NCBI GenBank assembly: GCA_964270895.1 | Contig: OZ185436.1 | Source: Podarcis filfolensis | Lineage: Eukaryota | Direction: 5' to 3' (one strand) | DNA: 64,000 bases | The notes under the pieces: model-generated | The model's database searches: none | Told to the model about the DNA's origin: nothing | The model's input: only the letters and a program-made list of their open reading frames with translations | Made by a program: the position numbers and the translations under genes | Shown: in pieces, positions 23,336-35,000 of the stretch | How the letters are laid out: every line of letters begins with the position of its first letter | Position numbering within the stretch: the first letter of the stretch is position 1

Positions 23336-26300
23336 TGAGAGAGGCTGGGAAGCGGCTCTCTTTCAGCAGTTCCTGTCCATCCCATCCACCTTTCCCGACT
23401 GATGATGTGCCCTTGGGCATGTGTGCCCTGACTGTCTCTGGTGACCAGAAAGTTGAGCTGGGGGTCTGTAGATAATTGGCTCCTGGTGCCTTGTGTTGCA
23501 GCAGGGCCTGGAAGTTGCTGGAGACAATTTCTTGACATGAGCAAGCAAGTGAGGGAGGGACGGGCAGGCAGGTGGTGGTGCAGAGCACCCCCCACCAAAC
23601 AATGGCTTTGGTTCAAATAAAATATATATATATTTCATGGCAGCGTGCATAAATGCTGTGACATGCAAGTGGAATGCACATGAATGGGGAGGTGCCTGTA
23701 CACCATTTGGTGAACTGGCCATCTATATTGCTAATCTATGGCAAGTGCCATTGAGCAGAGAGCAGAAAAGGTATTTCCAAAGGTTTCTGAGTGTTGTGGC
23801 TAAAGAAAGCCTTGTCTTCTGTCTCCCGCTGCCATATTTTCAGATCTTAAATTCAAGTGTTTGGATGCATTAAATATTTGCTACTATTGTGAAGTATTTT
23901 TTTAATATTCACTTAAGTTTGAGTCTACTTGCGGGTTCTTGTTTTTGTGAGAAACTGCAGTTGTATCTCTGAAGTTATGGTTCTATGTGTGTTATGTGAT
24001 GAAGGGGGTGGTAAAGGGGTATGTGCCATCAATGCTTAAGACGTGAACATCATTTTGTGCTTTCATATTAATATTTTTTATAATTGCAGCGTATTCATAT
24101 TTGAACATATTGTATATTACAATTGCAATAAAAAAAACTAAGCCAACCCCCCCACCACCTAAATAATATTCACAACTTGAAAAATCCACAATAGAACAAA
24201 TTAACTACCTTCTTCCCTAAACAAAGGACCAGGAAGTAGGAGCCAAACATTGGAGAACTGTATAGAGGGATAACTAGAAGTAACATTTTTCCTATCCTGG
24301 TGGGGTAAGTCAAGAGGTACACACAGGCCCTCATGTCCCAGAGAAATGTGTGCTAATCTGAAGCATGACTCCTAGATCAAAAGTGCTCTGGTGATTCAGA
24401 TAAGGGGCATCTCTTTGACTAGAGAGTGTCATAATAAGGGGCACTCCATAAAATATGAAGCAATTGGCAACTCCAAGTGTCACAGCCAAGTTGCATTCTC
24501 ACTACAATTTTTGAACTTGATTCGTAACATATGAACGAAAGCCAAAATCCAGCACAGATTTCTATTTCGCTTTGCTTTGCTTTTCGTCATGGATTATTTT
24601 CCTTGACTAGGTGGAAGAACACCAAGCTGAGATGAGCGCTTGCAGCCCTGTCCTGTGTGGAGTTGGGATGCAGCTAAGCCCATTGCTTTTCGGTGGGCTT
24701 AGATGCGCCTAACTCTGCATGGGATCAGGCTGTCAGTTTCCTACTGTATAAAGCTGTAGGGAGTGGCGGAGCATTAGCCTTACCCTCTCATTTGCAGAAC
24801 GCAACCTGCAGAGAAGCCAGGCCCTTGGTGCTTTGTAACACAGTCATTTTGCTCTCCCAGCTGTGTTGGTGTCCACTTTGATTTATTAGCATGCTGGCTC
24901 ACGTTAAATTTTAATTGTCCTATTTTTCTCATAAGAGACACACGGTGCACAGGGCAAGAAGATGCCCGTATACAGGGGAGATTTTTATCTTTGCCTAAAA
25001 GGGCACTGTCCTGTTATTTTTCAAAATCTTTCTTTTTTATTCTGCTGACACTTATTTTTAATTAGCTCCCATTGGAAGGCTGGCACTGAAATCTGTTTCC
25101 TCTCATTGTTGCTGGATTATTAATAGTAGTACTGAGCTGGCAGTATGCCCAGCAGTGTATATCATTGGGTGGGTGGAAGGGAGGCAGAGAGAGAGGGAGG
25201 GAGGGAGGAAGAAAAGAGGAGACGGAGATAAAGGAAAGTAATGGGATTCCTTTCTGTGCATTTCCTTATTACACCTACACTCTATACACACTGTGAACCC
25301 AGAATCAGTCTCATATAAATCAATACAACCTCACCGGTGTGGTAGAGCTCACACACTTTACATGGCTCAGGCCTGAACAAATGTTTAATTGGAGGCAACA
25401 GCTAGGAAGACTGAGCTCCTCCATCTCAAGAGTCAGATCAGCAGAAAGGAGGCAAGGGAAGAGCATGCTGGCTGCACTCATCCATTCGTTGTTGTTGTTC
25501 ACTTATGAAGCGCATAATAATTTCTAAGTATTGTACAAAGACTGAAATATAAAGCAGGTCCTGTCAACAGGCTCCAAACTAATAGACACAATATGAAAGG
25601 AAGAATGAATGGTGAGGGATCTGGTGTGGTTGTGCTTGGAGCAGCTGCACCTTAGCTGGCCAATGGATGGGTTCAGGCAGGTCTCCCTCTTGCCATGATG
25701 CTCTTATTGGATAGCAGGGGGTACTGACTCTCAGTGACTAGTGGAACCTGGTGCCTGTGAGGATTGGTAGGTCCTTTCTTACATACATATAGGAAGGGAG
25801 CTGCTTTTACATACATATAGGGAAGGGGCTGCTATCAAGCACGGATAATTTTTCATTGCTCTCTTCCTCCGTAAACCAGCACTGTGTTATCGCATGACCA
25901 TGGTATCAACAATTATCTGCCTGTGAAGTTCAACAGGTTTCCATCTGCATAACAAGCATCAAACCATTAAAAAAAATTCAGGAAGTCTAACATGAAAAAT
26001 TCTTATTCCTTTGGGAAACATTTGAAATAAAAAACTGAGGCACAGCACCTGAAACTTGTGTAGTTTCCACCAGGGGTAGGGAGATCACTTGGCCATTTCC
26101 CTTTCCATTTTTAAGTGGAGGGTCTCAGAAATGAACTAATATGGCTCTTACTACAATGCTGGACCATCATGGTGATGGACAAATTACAACTAGTGAAGAA
26201 TGAATCAATTTCTCTTAGTTCCTCGTTTTTCCTAAGTTCAGTTCACCACATTAACTCATCAGTTTGTCAACTGATTCTTCCTTTTTAATGAAGTCCTCGT

Positions 26301-26880
26301 GAAATTGGTCAGCATTTTAGTGTGCATCTCTTCTAATTTACACATTTGTATATGTGATAATGTCTAATATACACATTTTTGCAAGCTGTTTCCCCTAAGG
26401 CAATGTGTTTCTTATGTTATTTTCACCTACATATGCATTATTGTACATAGTTTTTGGCCGGAGAACCAGAATTCAGAGAAACGCATATTTCAAATGAGAG
26501 CTGTGTTTCAGTTTTGCATATTGTTTTAGGAAGTGTGCATTTTCTCCTCCATCTTTATAACAGAGTTATAACACACTACAGAATCTGATTCAGAGAGCTG
26601 GAAGCCAAAGGCTCCCATAAATGTAGCCTTTATTATGTATTTCATGAGTCAAGAAAAGAAGATATATGCAGCAAATGAAATATATTGCAAACAATCTCAC
26701 AGTCCACAATCCAGTCAGTGACCTGGCTTCCGTCTGAATCTTTGTTCTTTCTCAGCCCAGTGTTGCATGTGAGTGAGTGGCCTTGATTATATTTTAGATC
26801 ACAGGCTGCTAGCTGAGATACTTAAAAGGACTAAATTATATAGCCATTTCCAACTGAAACTGAAGGGAAAGAGGGCAGAA

Positions 26881-26928
26881 AACTGTGGCATTTGTGTGAC
26901 CTCAAACTGTGGCATTTGTGTGACCTCA
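26881..26928. repeat. Perfect 24-bp tandem duplication
   Basis: AACTGTGGCATTTGTGTGACCTCA occurs twice, head to tail. Confidence 0.95.
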
Positions 26929-27065
26929 GAGTTGTTTGAAGAAAAGTGGTGCCAATCACCACAGCACCCTACCACAGCCACCTCAAGCCACAGCGTTTGG
27001 TCCCTATGAAGGGTAGCAGAAAGGGAAACAGGCAGTTCTGACCAATGGAGCGCACAAGCTTTAAT

Positions 27066-27252
27066 CAGGGCTGGCCCTAACATTAGGCAGAACGAGGTGG
27101 CTGCCTCAGGGAGCAGATTTTGAGTGTCATGAAAGACCAGCAAGCTGTTATTTTTCAAAATGTATTGTTATTGTAATTTTGTTGCCAGAGACAGGGAGAG
27201 GCACTTGTGTGATTTTCAACCTCAGGGGGCAAAAATGATTTAGCTGGCTTGG
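27066..27252. mobile_element. hAT-like MITE next to the L1 insertion site
   Basis: Left end CAGGGCTGGCCCTAACATTAGGCAG; right-end-like GCAAAAATGATTTAGCTGGC coincides with the L1 TSD; a second right-end-like motif lies at 30110-30134. Confidence 0.45.
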
Positions 27253-27253
27253 G

Positions 27254-27258
<5 letters not shown>

Positions 27259-27311
<53 letters not shown>
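27259..27311. repeat. (TA)n microsatellite forming the L1 tail
   Basis: About 26 TA units between the L1 3' UTR and the TSD. Confidence 0.95.
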
Positions 27312-27314
<3 letters not shown>

Positions 27315-27692
27315 AAAATATTTATTGAAATTTTACAAAAACATAAATTTACAAAATACAAAAAAACAGAAACAAACATACAAAAATACATAAAAAATAA
27401 AAAATAAAAAAAAATACAAAGTACAAAAAACAAATAGATACAAAAGAGTTAAAAACAAACCCATTTTTTGTAACTTTAAACTCATTAGCTTGTTTCCTTG
27501 ACTTCCTCACACCTCCCCTTTTTGTATTCCCATTTAAATAATCAAATCAGCAAATCCTTACCCTCTTTCGTTTATCTTAACTCTATATCTTAACATATTA
27601 TAGCTCTATATTTTCATCCATTATCAACTCATTTTTGCATATTCTCATTAACCTTGTTGCTAGTGCCTCTTATTTTCAATCCAACATCATTT

Positions 27693-30044
27693 TTAACATT
27701 CAATAATTTTACAGTGTTTCTGAAGATAGTCTTTAAATTTCTTCCAATCTTCTTCCACCAACTCTTCTCCCAGGTCTCGGATTCTGCCAGTCATTTCCAC
27801 TAATTCCATATAGTCCATCACCTTCATCTGCCACTCTTCCAGGGTGGGTAAATCTTGTGTCTTCCAATACTTTGCAATGAGTATTCTTGCTGCTGTTGTT
27901 GCATACATGAAGAAAGTTCTATCCTTCTTTGGCACCAATTGGCTGACTATGCCCAGGAGAAAGGCCTCTGGTTTCTTCAGGAAGGTATATTTAAATACCT
28001 TTTTCATTTCATTATAGATCATCTCCCAGAAAGCCTTAATCTTTGGGCACGTCCACCAAAGGTGAAAGAATGTACCTTCATTTTCTTTACATTTCCAACA
28101 TTTGTTATCAGGCAAATGATATATTTTTGCAAGCTTGACTGGTGTCATGTACCACCTGTATATCATTTTCATAATATTCTCTCTTAAGGCATTACACGCC
28201 GTAAATTTCATACCAGTGGTCCACAACTGTTCCCAGTCCGCAAACATAATGTTATGACCAATATCTTGTGCCCATTTAATCATTGCAGATTTAACCGTTT
28301 CATCCTGCGTATTCCATTTCAACAGCAAGTTATATATTCTTGAAAGTATCTTAGTTTTGGGATCTAACAATTCTGTTTCCAATTTTGATTTTTCCACCTG
28401 GAAGCCAATTTTTTTGTCCAAATTATAGGCCTCTCTTATTTGATAATAATGAAGCCAGTCTCGCACTTTATCTTTTAATTTCTCAAAACTCTGCAATTTC
28501 AATTTATCTCCTTCTTGTTCCAGTATTTCCCAATATTTCGGCCATTTGGCCTCCATATTGAGCTTTCTCTGAGCCTTCGCTTCCATTGGTGACAACCACC
28601 TTGGGGTTTTATTTTCCAGTAAGTCTTTGTATCTTATCCAGACATTGAACAATGCTTTCCTGACAATATGGTTTTTAAATGCTTTATGTGCTTTAACCTT
28701 GTCGTACCACAAATATGCATGCCACCCAAAAACATTGTTAAAACCTTCTAAGTCCAAAATGTCCGTGTTCTCAAGAAGCAGCCAGTCTTTCAACCAGCAG
28801 AATGCTGCTGATTCATAGTAAAGTTTAAGGTCTGGCAGGGCAAATCCGCCTCTTTCCTTTGCATCAGTTAATATTTTGAATTTTATTCTGGGCTTCTTGC
28901 CCTGCCAGACAAATCTAGAAATATCTCTCTGCCACTTCTTGAAACAATCCATCTTGTCCAAAATTTGCAATGATTGAAATAAAAATAACATTTTTGGCAA
29001 TACATTCATCTTTATAGCTGCAATTCGACCCAACAAGGAAAGCTTCAAATTTGACCATATTTCTAAGTCTTTTTTCACTTCTGTCCAGCATTTCTCATAG
29101 TTATCTTTAAATAAGTTTAAGTTCTTAGCAGTCATATTAACCCCCAAATATTTTACTTTCTTAGCTAATGTTAAACCAGTCTCCTTCTGAAACCTCTCTT
29201 TCTCAATCGGTGTTAAATTTTTCTCAAGAACTTTAGTTTTTGACTTGTTCAGTTTAAATCCTGCCACATGACCAAATTCTTGAATCAGTTCTAATACTCT
29301 TTTCGTACTAGATTCTGGCTCCTGTAACATCAAAACTAGGTCATCTGCAAAAGCCTTCAATTTGTATTGTTTGGCTCCGACCTGAATACCTTTAATCAGA
29401 CGGTCCCTTCTAATCATATTTAACAAAACCTCCAGGACCGAAATAAAAAGCAATGGGGAAATTGGGCAGCCTTGTCGTGTCCCTTTCTCTATCTTAAATT
29501 CCTCTGTCATCACATTATTGACTATTAGCTTAGCCTTTTGTTCTGAATAAATTGCACTTATACCATTTTCAAACCCTTGACCCACCCCCATCCCCCGAAG
29601 ATTTTTCTTCATAAAATTCCAAGAAATATTGTCAAAGGCTTTCTCCGCATCTATAAAAATTAAAACTGCTTTAGTATTAATGTTCACTTGCAACTTCTCC
29701 AATATGTTAATTATGTTCCTCGTGTTGTCAGACAAGTGTCTACCTGGGAGAAAGCCAGCTTGGTCCTTATGTATCTCTTCCACTAATACTTTTTTTAATC
29801 TATTAGCCAAAATATCAGCAAAAATTTTGTAATCCACATTGAGCAGGGATATGGGGCGGTAGTTCTCAAGTTGTGTCTTTTCAGACTCCGTTTTCGGTAT
29901 AAGTGTAATGTAGGCTTCCTTCCACGACTCTGGCGCTTTTTTCCCCTCCAAAATTTCATTACAAACCTCCTTTAGTGGCTGAATTAACCAATCTTTCAAA
30001 GATCTATAGTATTTTGAGGTTAAGCCATCCGGCCCTGGAGATTT
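27693..30044 (-). CDS. L1 ORF2 fragment: reverse transcriptase plus C-terminal CCHC knuckle, no endonuclease, no ATG start (the ORF-track start at 29999 is TTG)
   Basis: KSPGPDG, YRPISLLNVDYKIFA, DAEKAFD, GTRQGCPISPLLF, FADD, KYLG, CWKCKENEGTFFHLWWTC; uninterrupted for about 783 codons. Confidence 0.9.
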   Translation of the reverse strand, partial: KSPGPDGLTSKYYRSLKDWLIQPLKEVCNEILEGKKAPESWKEAYITLIPKTESEKTQLENYRPISLLNVDYKIFADILANRLKKVLVEEIHKDQAGFLPGRHLSDNTRNIINILEKLQVNINTKAVLIFIDAEKAFDNISWNFMKKNLRGMGVGQGFENGISAIYSEQKAKLIVNNVMTEEFKIEKGTRQGCPISPLLFISVLEVLLNMIRRDRLIKGIQVGAKQYKLKAFADDLVLMLQEPESSTKRVLELIQEFGHVAGFKLNKSKTKVLEKNLTPIEKERFQKETGLTLAKKVKYLGVNMTAKNLNLFKDNYEKCWTEVKKDLEIWSNLKLSLLGRIAAIKMNVLPKMLFLFQSLQILDKMDCFKKWQRDISRFVWQGKKPRIKFKILTDAKERGGFALPDLKLYYESAAFCWLKDWLLLENTDILDLEGFNNVFGWHAYLWYDKVKAHKAFKNHIVRKALFNVWIRYKDLLENKTPRWLSPMEAKAQRKLNMEAKWPKYWEILEQEGDKLKLQSFEKLKDKVRDWLHYYQIREAYNLDKKIGFQVEKSKLETELLDPKTKILSRIYNLLLKWNTQDETVKSAMIKWAQDIGHNIMFADWEQLWTTGMKFTACNALRENIMKMIYRWYMTPVKLAKIYHLPDNKCWKCKENEGTFFHLWWTCPKIKAFWEMIYNEMKKVFKYTFLKKPEAFLLGIVSQLVPKKDRTFFMYATTAARILIAKYWKTQDLPTLEEWQMKVMDYMELVEMTGRIRDLGEELVEEDWKKFKDYLQKHCKIIEC

Positions 30045-31759
30045 ACGCTGGCTTGGATATTATATACCTTGACTTAGAGGTGTGTGATGTTTGCTACTGT
30101 GCCTCAGATTGTAAAATGCCTTGGACTGGCCCTTGCACCATTAGAACGGATGGCAGTAGTTCCCAATCATTTTGCTGAGGTTTGGGCAGGACATTTCCAG
30201 CTGACTACATTTGTTAGTTAGAAGGAAGGAGGTCTCATTTGGGTTCTCCACCTAGATGTCTTAGGCTGCCCCTGATGACACCTCCAGAGGCAACTTCAAG
30301 ACACACTTCAAGGGCTTGGCAAAATAGCCATATTCCCTTTTCATCTCTATTATCTTTTTTCTAAGCGATGGAAATGAAGTATAATTGCAACCCTTTAAAA
30401 AAAAGAAGTTCTGAAGTAACATGGAAGGGTCAGCTCTGTCATAGATTAAAATATGACACAAGGCATCAGTGTAATGGCTCAAGGGACTGAAGTGGAGATA
30501 AATGGTTCAGATTGCTTTAGCTTAAAATGGGACAAGGGAATTCTGGTTTTATTGTTACAGTCTGAATGATTAAAAAATAAACAGAACAGAAGAAAACACA
30601 CACACACACACACACTCCACCACCAAAGCCACTTAAGAAACTGCCTGATAAGTCTTTGAAGGAGTGGAGTCTGCTGGAGCTGAATAAGTGTTAAATAGTA
30701 ATAGTAGTAGCTAGAAAGAGAGAAAGAAAGCATGTTGCAAGAGTATCATTTAGAATCTAAAGGCCAAATGAACGGGGCCCCCAAAGCACAATAAATTCTG
30801 CTCTTTAAGTAAGCAGTTGTTTATGTACATTCTTTCTGTAAAACAGAAGCATTCGACATTTTTCTGTACTGGCTAGATTTTCTTTCCAGTTCCAACTCAA
30901 CCAAAACACTGAGAGTTGGCAGGAGTAGCCATTAATCATTCTTTCTGGAGACCTGGTCAAGCAGAATAACCTTTTGTAGGTGGTATATAAATACGCTTAA
31001 CCTTTAAAAAGAAAGTTTAAGTGAGGACCAAAGGCAATGTGAAAGACCCTCACCCAAGAGAGAGATTCCCAGCTGGCTGCTTCTTGACTCCAACCCATCA
31101 AGAGAAACTCTCAAAATGAGACTTGGGGATCTCTTCCATTGATCCTCGTTTATCAAACTGACAGGGCTGTGCTGCCCACTGAGGAACATGGACGAAGTGA
31201 GAGGGAGGGGGGTGCAAAGGGAGAAGGGCTGCCTCTGAGGAGAATTCAAGGACAGATAAAATCATTATGGTTCACCTGTCCTGGCTTGCTACCAACATAC
31301 CACTTTCCACTGAAAGGTCAGATGTGTGGGGATGTGTTTCTCACCACTTCCTTCCAGGTTATTTTCACTCATCAGCAAGGCCAAGATTCTGCAATACCCA
31401 TCCCGTTTCCCTGGTACGTTACCCTTTGCAAACTAGAACCAAAGGGGTGTGTTCAGGAAACCTGGAGGAAAACATGGATGGAAGGGACACGCTTGTTTTC
31501 TTTCTGGTCTGTTAGCCTCCCTATTGCTAGCACACTTAAGTCATAAGCTAGGACTGAATGGAAGAGCTTTGTTCTATTGCCTCATTTACAGCTACAATTT
31601 CTGCTTCGGTAAAATTAAGGTTGAAAAGTAAGCTATGTTCCATGTCATCTATATTCTTTTCCTGCCCGCTTCCCTCTGGGCAGTTCTGGCAAGCCATATG
31701 TTAGGTTTTCCCCAACTCTCTTTTGGTAGTATACACATCAATCCAGATAACAAGGGCCC

Positions 31760-32075
31760 AGAAGTAGTCAACATGGTGTAGGGCTGCCATACGTCCAGAC
31801 ATTACTGGGATTTCAAAGGTGGAATTGAAGTTGGGGGGTGTTGAAAGGCAGCACTTTGTCCTGGATCTTAGGCAAGTCAATTGAATTTTTTTTGGGGGGG
31901 TTGTGTTTTTGGGAAGAAGAAAAAAGCTCAATAGGGGGGTCCCGGTTTTTACTTTTTGACATATGGCAACCCTAACATGGTATCCTCCAGATGTTGTTTG
32001 ACTGTTAACTCCCTTCAGCCCCAGCTCCAGTGGTTAGGGACCTTGGAAGTTGTAGTCTAATAGCATCTCGAGGGC
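31760..32075. mobile_element. Hairpin MITE (CCTCCAGATGTTG family) interrupted by a hAT MITE
   Basis: GTAGTCAACATGGT|..|ATCCTCCAGATGTTGTTTGACT..GGAAGTTGTAGTCTAATAGCATCTCGAGGGC. Confidence 0.55.
31779..31974. mobile_element. hAT MITE (TAGGG TIR type)
   Basis: TIRs TAGGGCTGCCATACGTC / GACATATGGCAACCCTA; 8-bp TSD ACATGGTG / ACATGGTA. Confidence 0.8.
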
Positions 32076-35000
32076 AAACTGAAAAGTTTCAATGTGAAAG
32101 CCTATATTAGGAAACTTGAAGTTTTCTCAGCCTTTGCTATTATTGGTTTTGTTTTTATTAAGGGTTTGGGGGTTTTTTGGTACTACACTTCATCAAAATT
32201 GATTCCAGGGTGATTTACATGGCTAAATAAATTACATCAACTTTCTTCCCAGTTAAAGTGGATTTGTGAAAGTTATCACATGCAAAACAAGTTCCTGTTC
32301 TGCAGCTCTGTGATGAAAGGCAATGCTATTCCCCATTCAGGGGAGAGACCAGTAGTTGGAGAAATACTCTGGAACTCATCCTGGGTTTGATGGTCAAAAG
32401 GCAGGATATATAAATATAATAGAATATCACTTACATTAATAGAAACACATATAGAATTAATAACTGAATGCAGACAAAAATGCCACTGAAAGGTATTTGT
32501 AATGTTAATGCACATTCTTAGGCCCTATGTTTTTTTACATTTGATAATATTCATTCTGCCTCATGTGAAAAAGCTGCCTTCCCCACACTCATACACCTGG
32601 CAGAAATTCCCTAAATCAGTTTCTCAAGAAGCGTTTTTCAAGGCCAAAAGATACGCAGTTGATCTCTAGACTGTGTGTGGACGATGTGTTATGATTATCA
32701 TCATCAGCACTGATTTATTAACCACTTTCTAAACAACTGCCTCAATGCAATTTTAAGATTATTAAAAACAGTTAAAAACACAGAAGATCAAATACATTTA
32801 AAACAAAGCTAATTCTAACAACTCAAGGAAAATACCAATTTACCGGTATCTAGCTGGGAAAGCCAGAATAAAAATGTCTCCAGTCTTTTCCAGGAAGAAA
32901 GAAGCACTCCGTCTCCATTGATTCTAGAACATGTTGTGCATACTGTATGCAGCAATGCCTCCTTCTCAAATTCAATGCTAGTTAGCATTCTCTGCTTGAA
33001 AGTGTTCTAAACTCCCATAAATGAAGGCCACACTGAAAAGTCAAAAATTCAAGGGCTCTTGCTATTCACACTCACAGCAAACACTCGGCACACTGCGAGA
33101 TGGAGATGCAACATGACTAGCAGGGGCTAACAGTGTCAACAGCTAATATTGTATTGTTCAGAGATGGTACAGTAATCTTGCTGAGAGAGGCTTTCTTAAA
33201 ACCCTACATTCATGATGTTGACTCTAACTGATGATCACAGCAACACCTTGACATCGCCAGCAGAAGGAGAATTTTCTGGTAGGCTAGGCCTCCTACCTTC
33301 TCGTTGTGGGAATAAGGACTGTATACACACCCATGTTGATACTTCATTATCTAAATCATGTGAGGCAGTTGCCACAAGTAGCACAGGCGAGGCAGTTAGG
33401 GCTCTTCCACACTTCCATTTCTGCTGTGCCTAGAGAGCACAGGTCTGAGCAGTTTTCTGCTTGCTCCGCTCCTTTACAAGGGAAAACTCACACTTTAGTG
33501 ATAGATTGGAACAAATGACAATCCAGGAAAAACTTGAATTTCCCTGTTTGCTCTGATAGAGCCTTAGCCCTTAGTGGCATACCTGTGCAGGAAGGAGATA
33601 TGAGCTGGTCGTGTATGAGCTATAGTCTGGAAACTAAATAGGATTTACAGTAGAATCCACTTGGTTTTCCAGTGTATCTAATTTGTTCAGCAGCATAGTG
33701 GTAAATTTTGAAGACAGCCCCCATAGGTACACTCCAATGAGATTCCAAATATGTAGACAACTGCTTTGATCCATTCACACACAGGGAGGGAGATAGAAGA
33801 GCAGAACAGTGGCACATTGCATAGTACTCAATTTATTAGGATCAGCTTAACTTCCATCCTGTGTAGTTTCCTGGAAGGAAGGTCCATGGAACTCAGTGGT
33901 GCTTGTTTCTGACACTGCTAGCATGCAGTAAGAGTCCCATCAAATGATAAGGTGGAGACGAGTTCCCAACCCTTGCTTGATTATTTTCCTCATTCTCTAG
34001 TTTCCTCTGGTCCAACCTGTGACAAACTTGAAAGCCTCTTTATCACCTCACTTGCCAAAGGGAAGAAGGAGACGCCAGTTTCCCTTGTTCTCCAAAAGAT
34101 GATGTCCATCACTCCTGCTGTTAAAAATCTCCCAGAGCTGTGCTTCCCTGCATTTGCACGCTGCTGTACCACTCAATCTGTGAAACCTTCATACACCAGT
34201 ATTTCTGTGGTGCTCCAAATTGAATGACAAAACCTGCCCAGTTTAAATTGAATTTCAATGTCCTCATTAAATTCATAAATGATTAAAAAAAATATTGACA
34301 AAGAATGCTAGACTTTCTCCACAATTTCGCCTCGAAAATATTCAAGATCTGGTTTGTACCTTCTTCCCGCTGACCTTCCTGCTCCTAAAACACTCCCCCC
34401 CCCTTTTCTCTGTGTATCTCACTGTTTTTGCAGGGTATGTAGGATAGTTCTTCCGTGTTCAGAATAGGCAACTTGAAGAACAGAAAGAAAAGCAGGAGGA
34501 ATTGTTTCTGCAAGAACAGCAGCACACGAGCCACCCAGAGAAGTGAACTTGTTAGTGCAAAATTAGATTCAGCACTAGCTGGTCTTGCCTTAAGGACCTT
34601 TAGAATAACACTAGGCTAGTAGACATTTGCCATTTTCTTCTACAGCAGGAAACCAACTTCTGAGGCAGCCACTATTTCCCTGCTGACTTGGTAGGGCACT
34701 CGTCAATGGAGTCAGAAGAAAATTAGCTGCCCTTACCTGCCCGATCATCAGCCCTATCACTCCCTGCAGACCCAATCAAATATACCTGGATCTACTTTAT
34801 TGTTTGTATTCCATTCTTCCACCATCCACTTTGCTTAGGGAAGTGGGGAGGGGGGGAGACCTATTAATAGAAAGGAGATTTGCCAGCCATCCTCTGATGG
34901 GCTCTGCTGCAAGCAGGGAGGGTTTTTTTTTTAAGCTCTTATGTTATTTTTATTTTATTTTACACAAGCAGCAGTGGGAGACAATAAAGCAAAATTGATG

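Larger units (their letters stand above)
27258..30046 (-). mobile_element. 5'-truncated L1-clade LINE (RT, CCHC, 3' UTR, (AT)n tail)
   Basis: 15-bp TSD GCTGGCTTGG(G/A)TATT at 27243-27257 and 30047-30061; homology starts at KSPGPDG; AATAAA just before the tail. Confidence 0.95.

Noticed and set aside
26881-26928. Direct repeats as a CRISPR array
   Set aside because: Only two adjacent copies with no spacer, in eukaryotic DNA with no cas genes. The MITE CTTCAGGTTA repeats are likewise not CRISPR.
27693-29999. 768-aa RT ORF as a host gene, retron/DGR or autonomous element
   Set aside because: It is clearly L1-clade ORF2, lacks the endonuclease and an ATG, and is bounded by a TSD, so it is a 5'-truncated copy.
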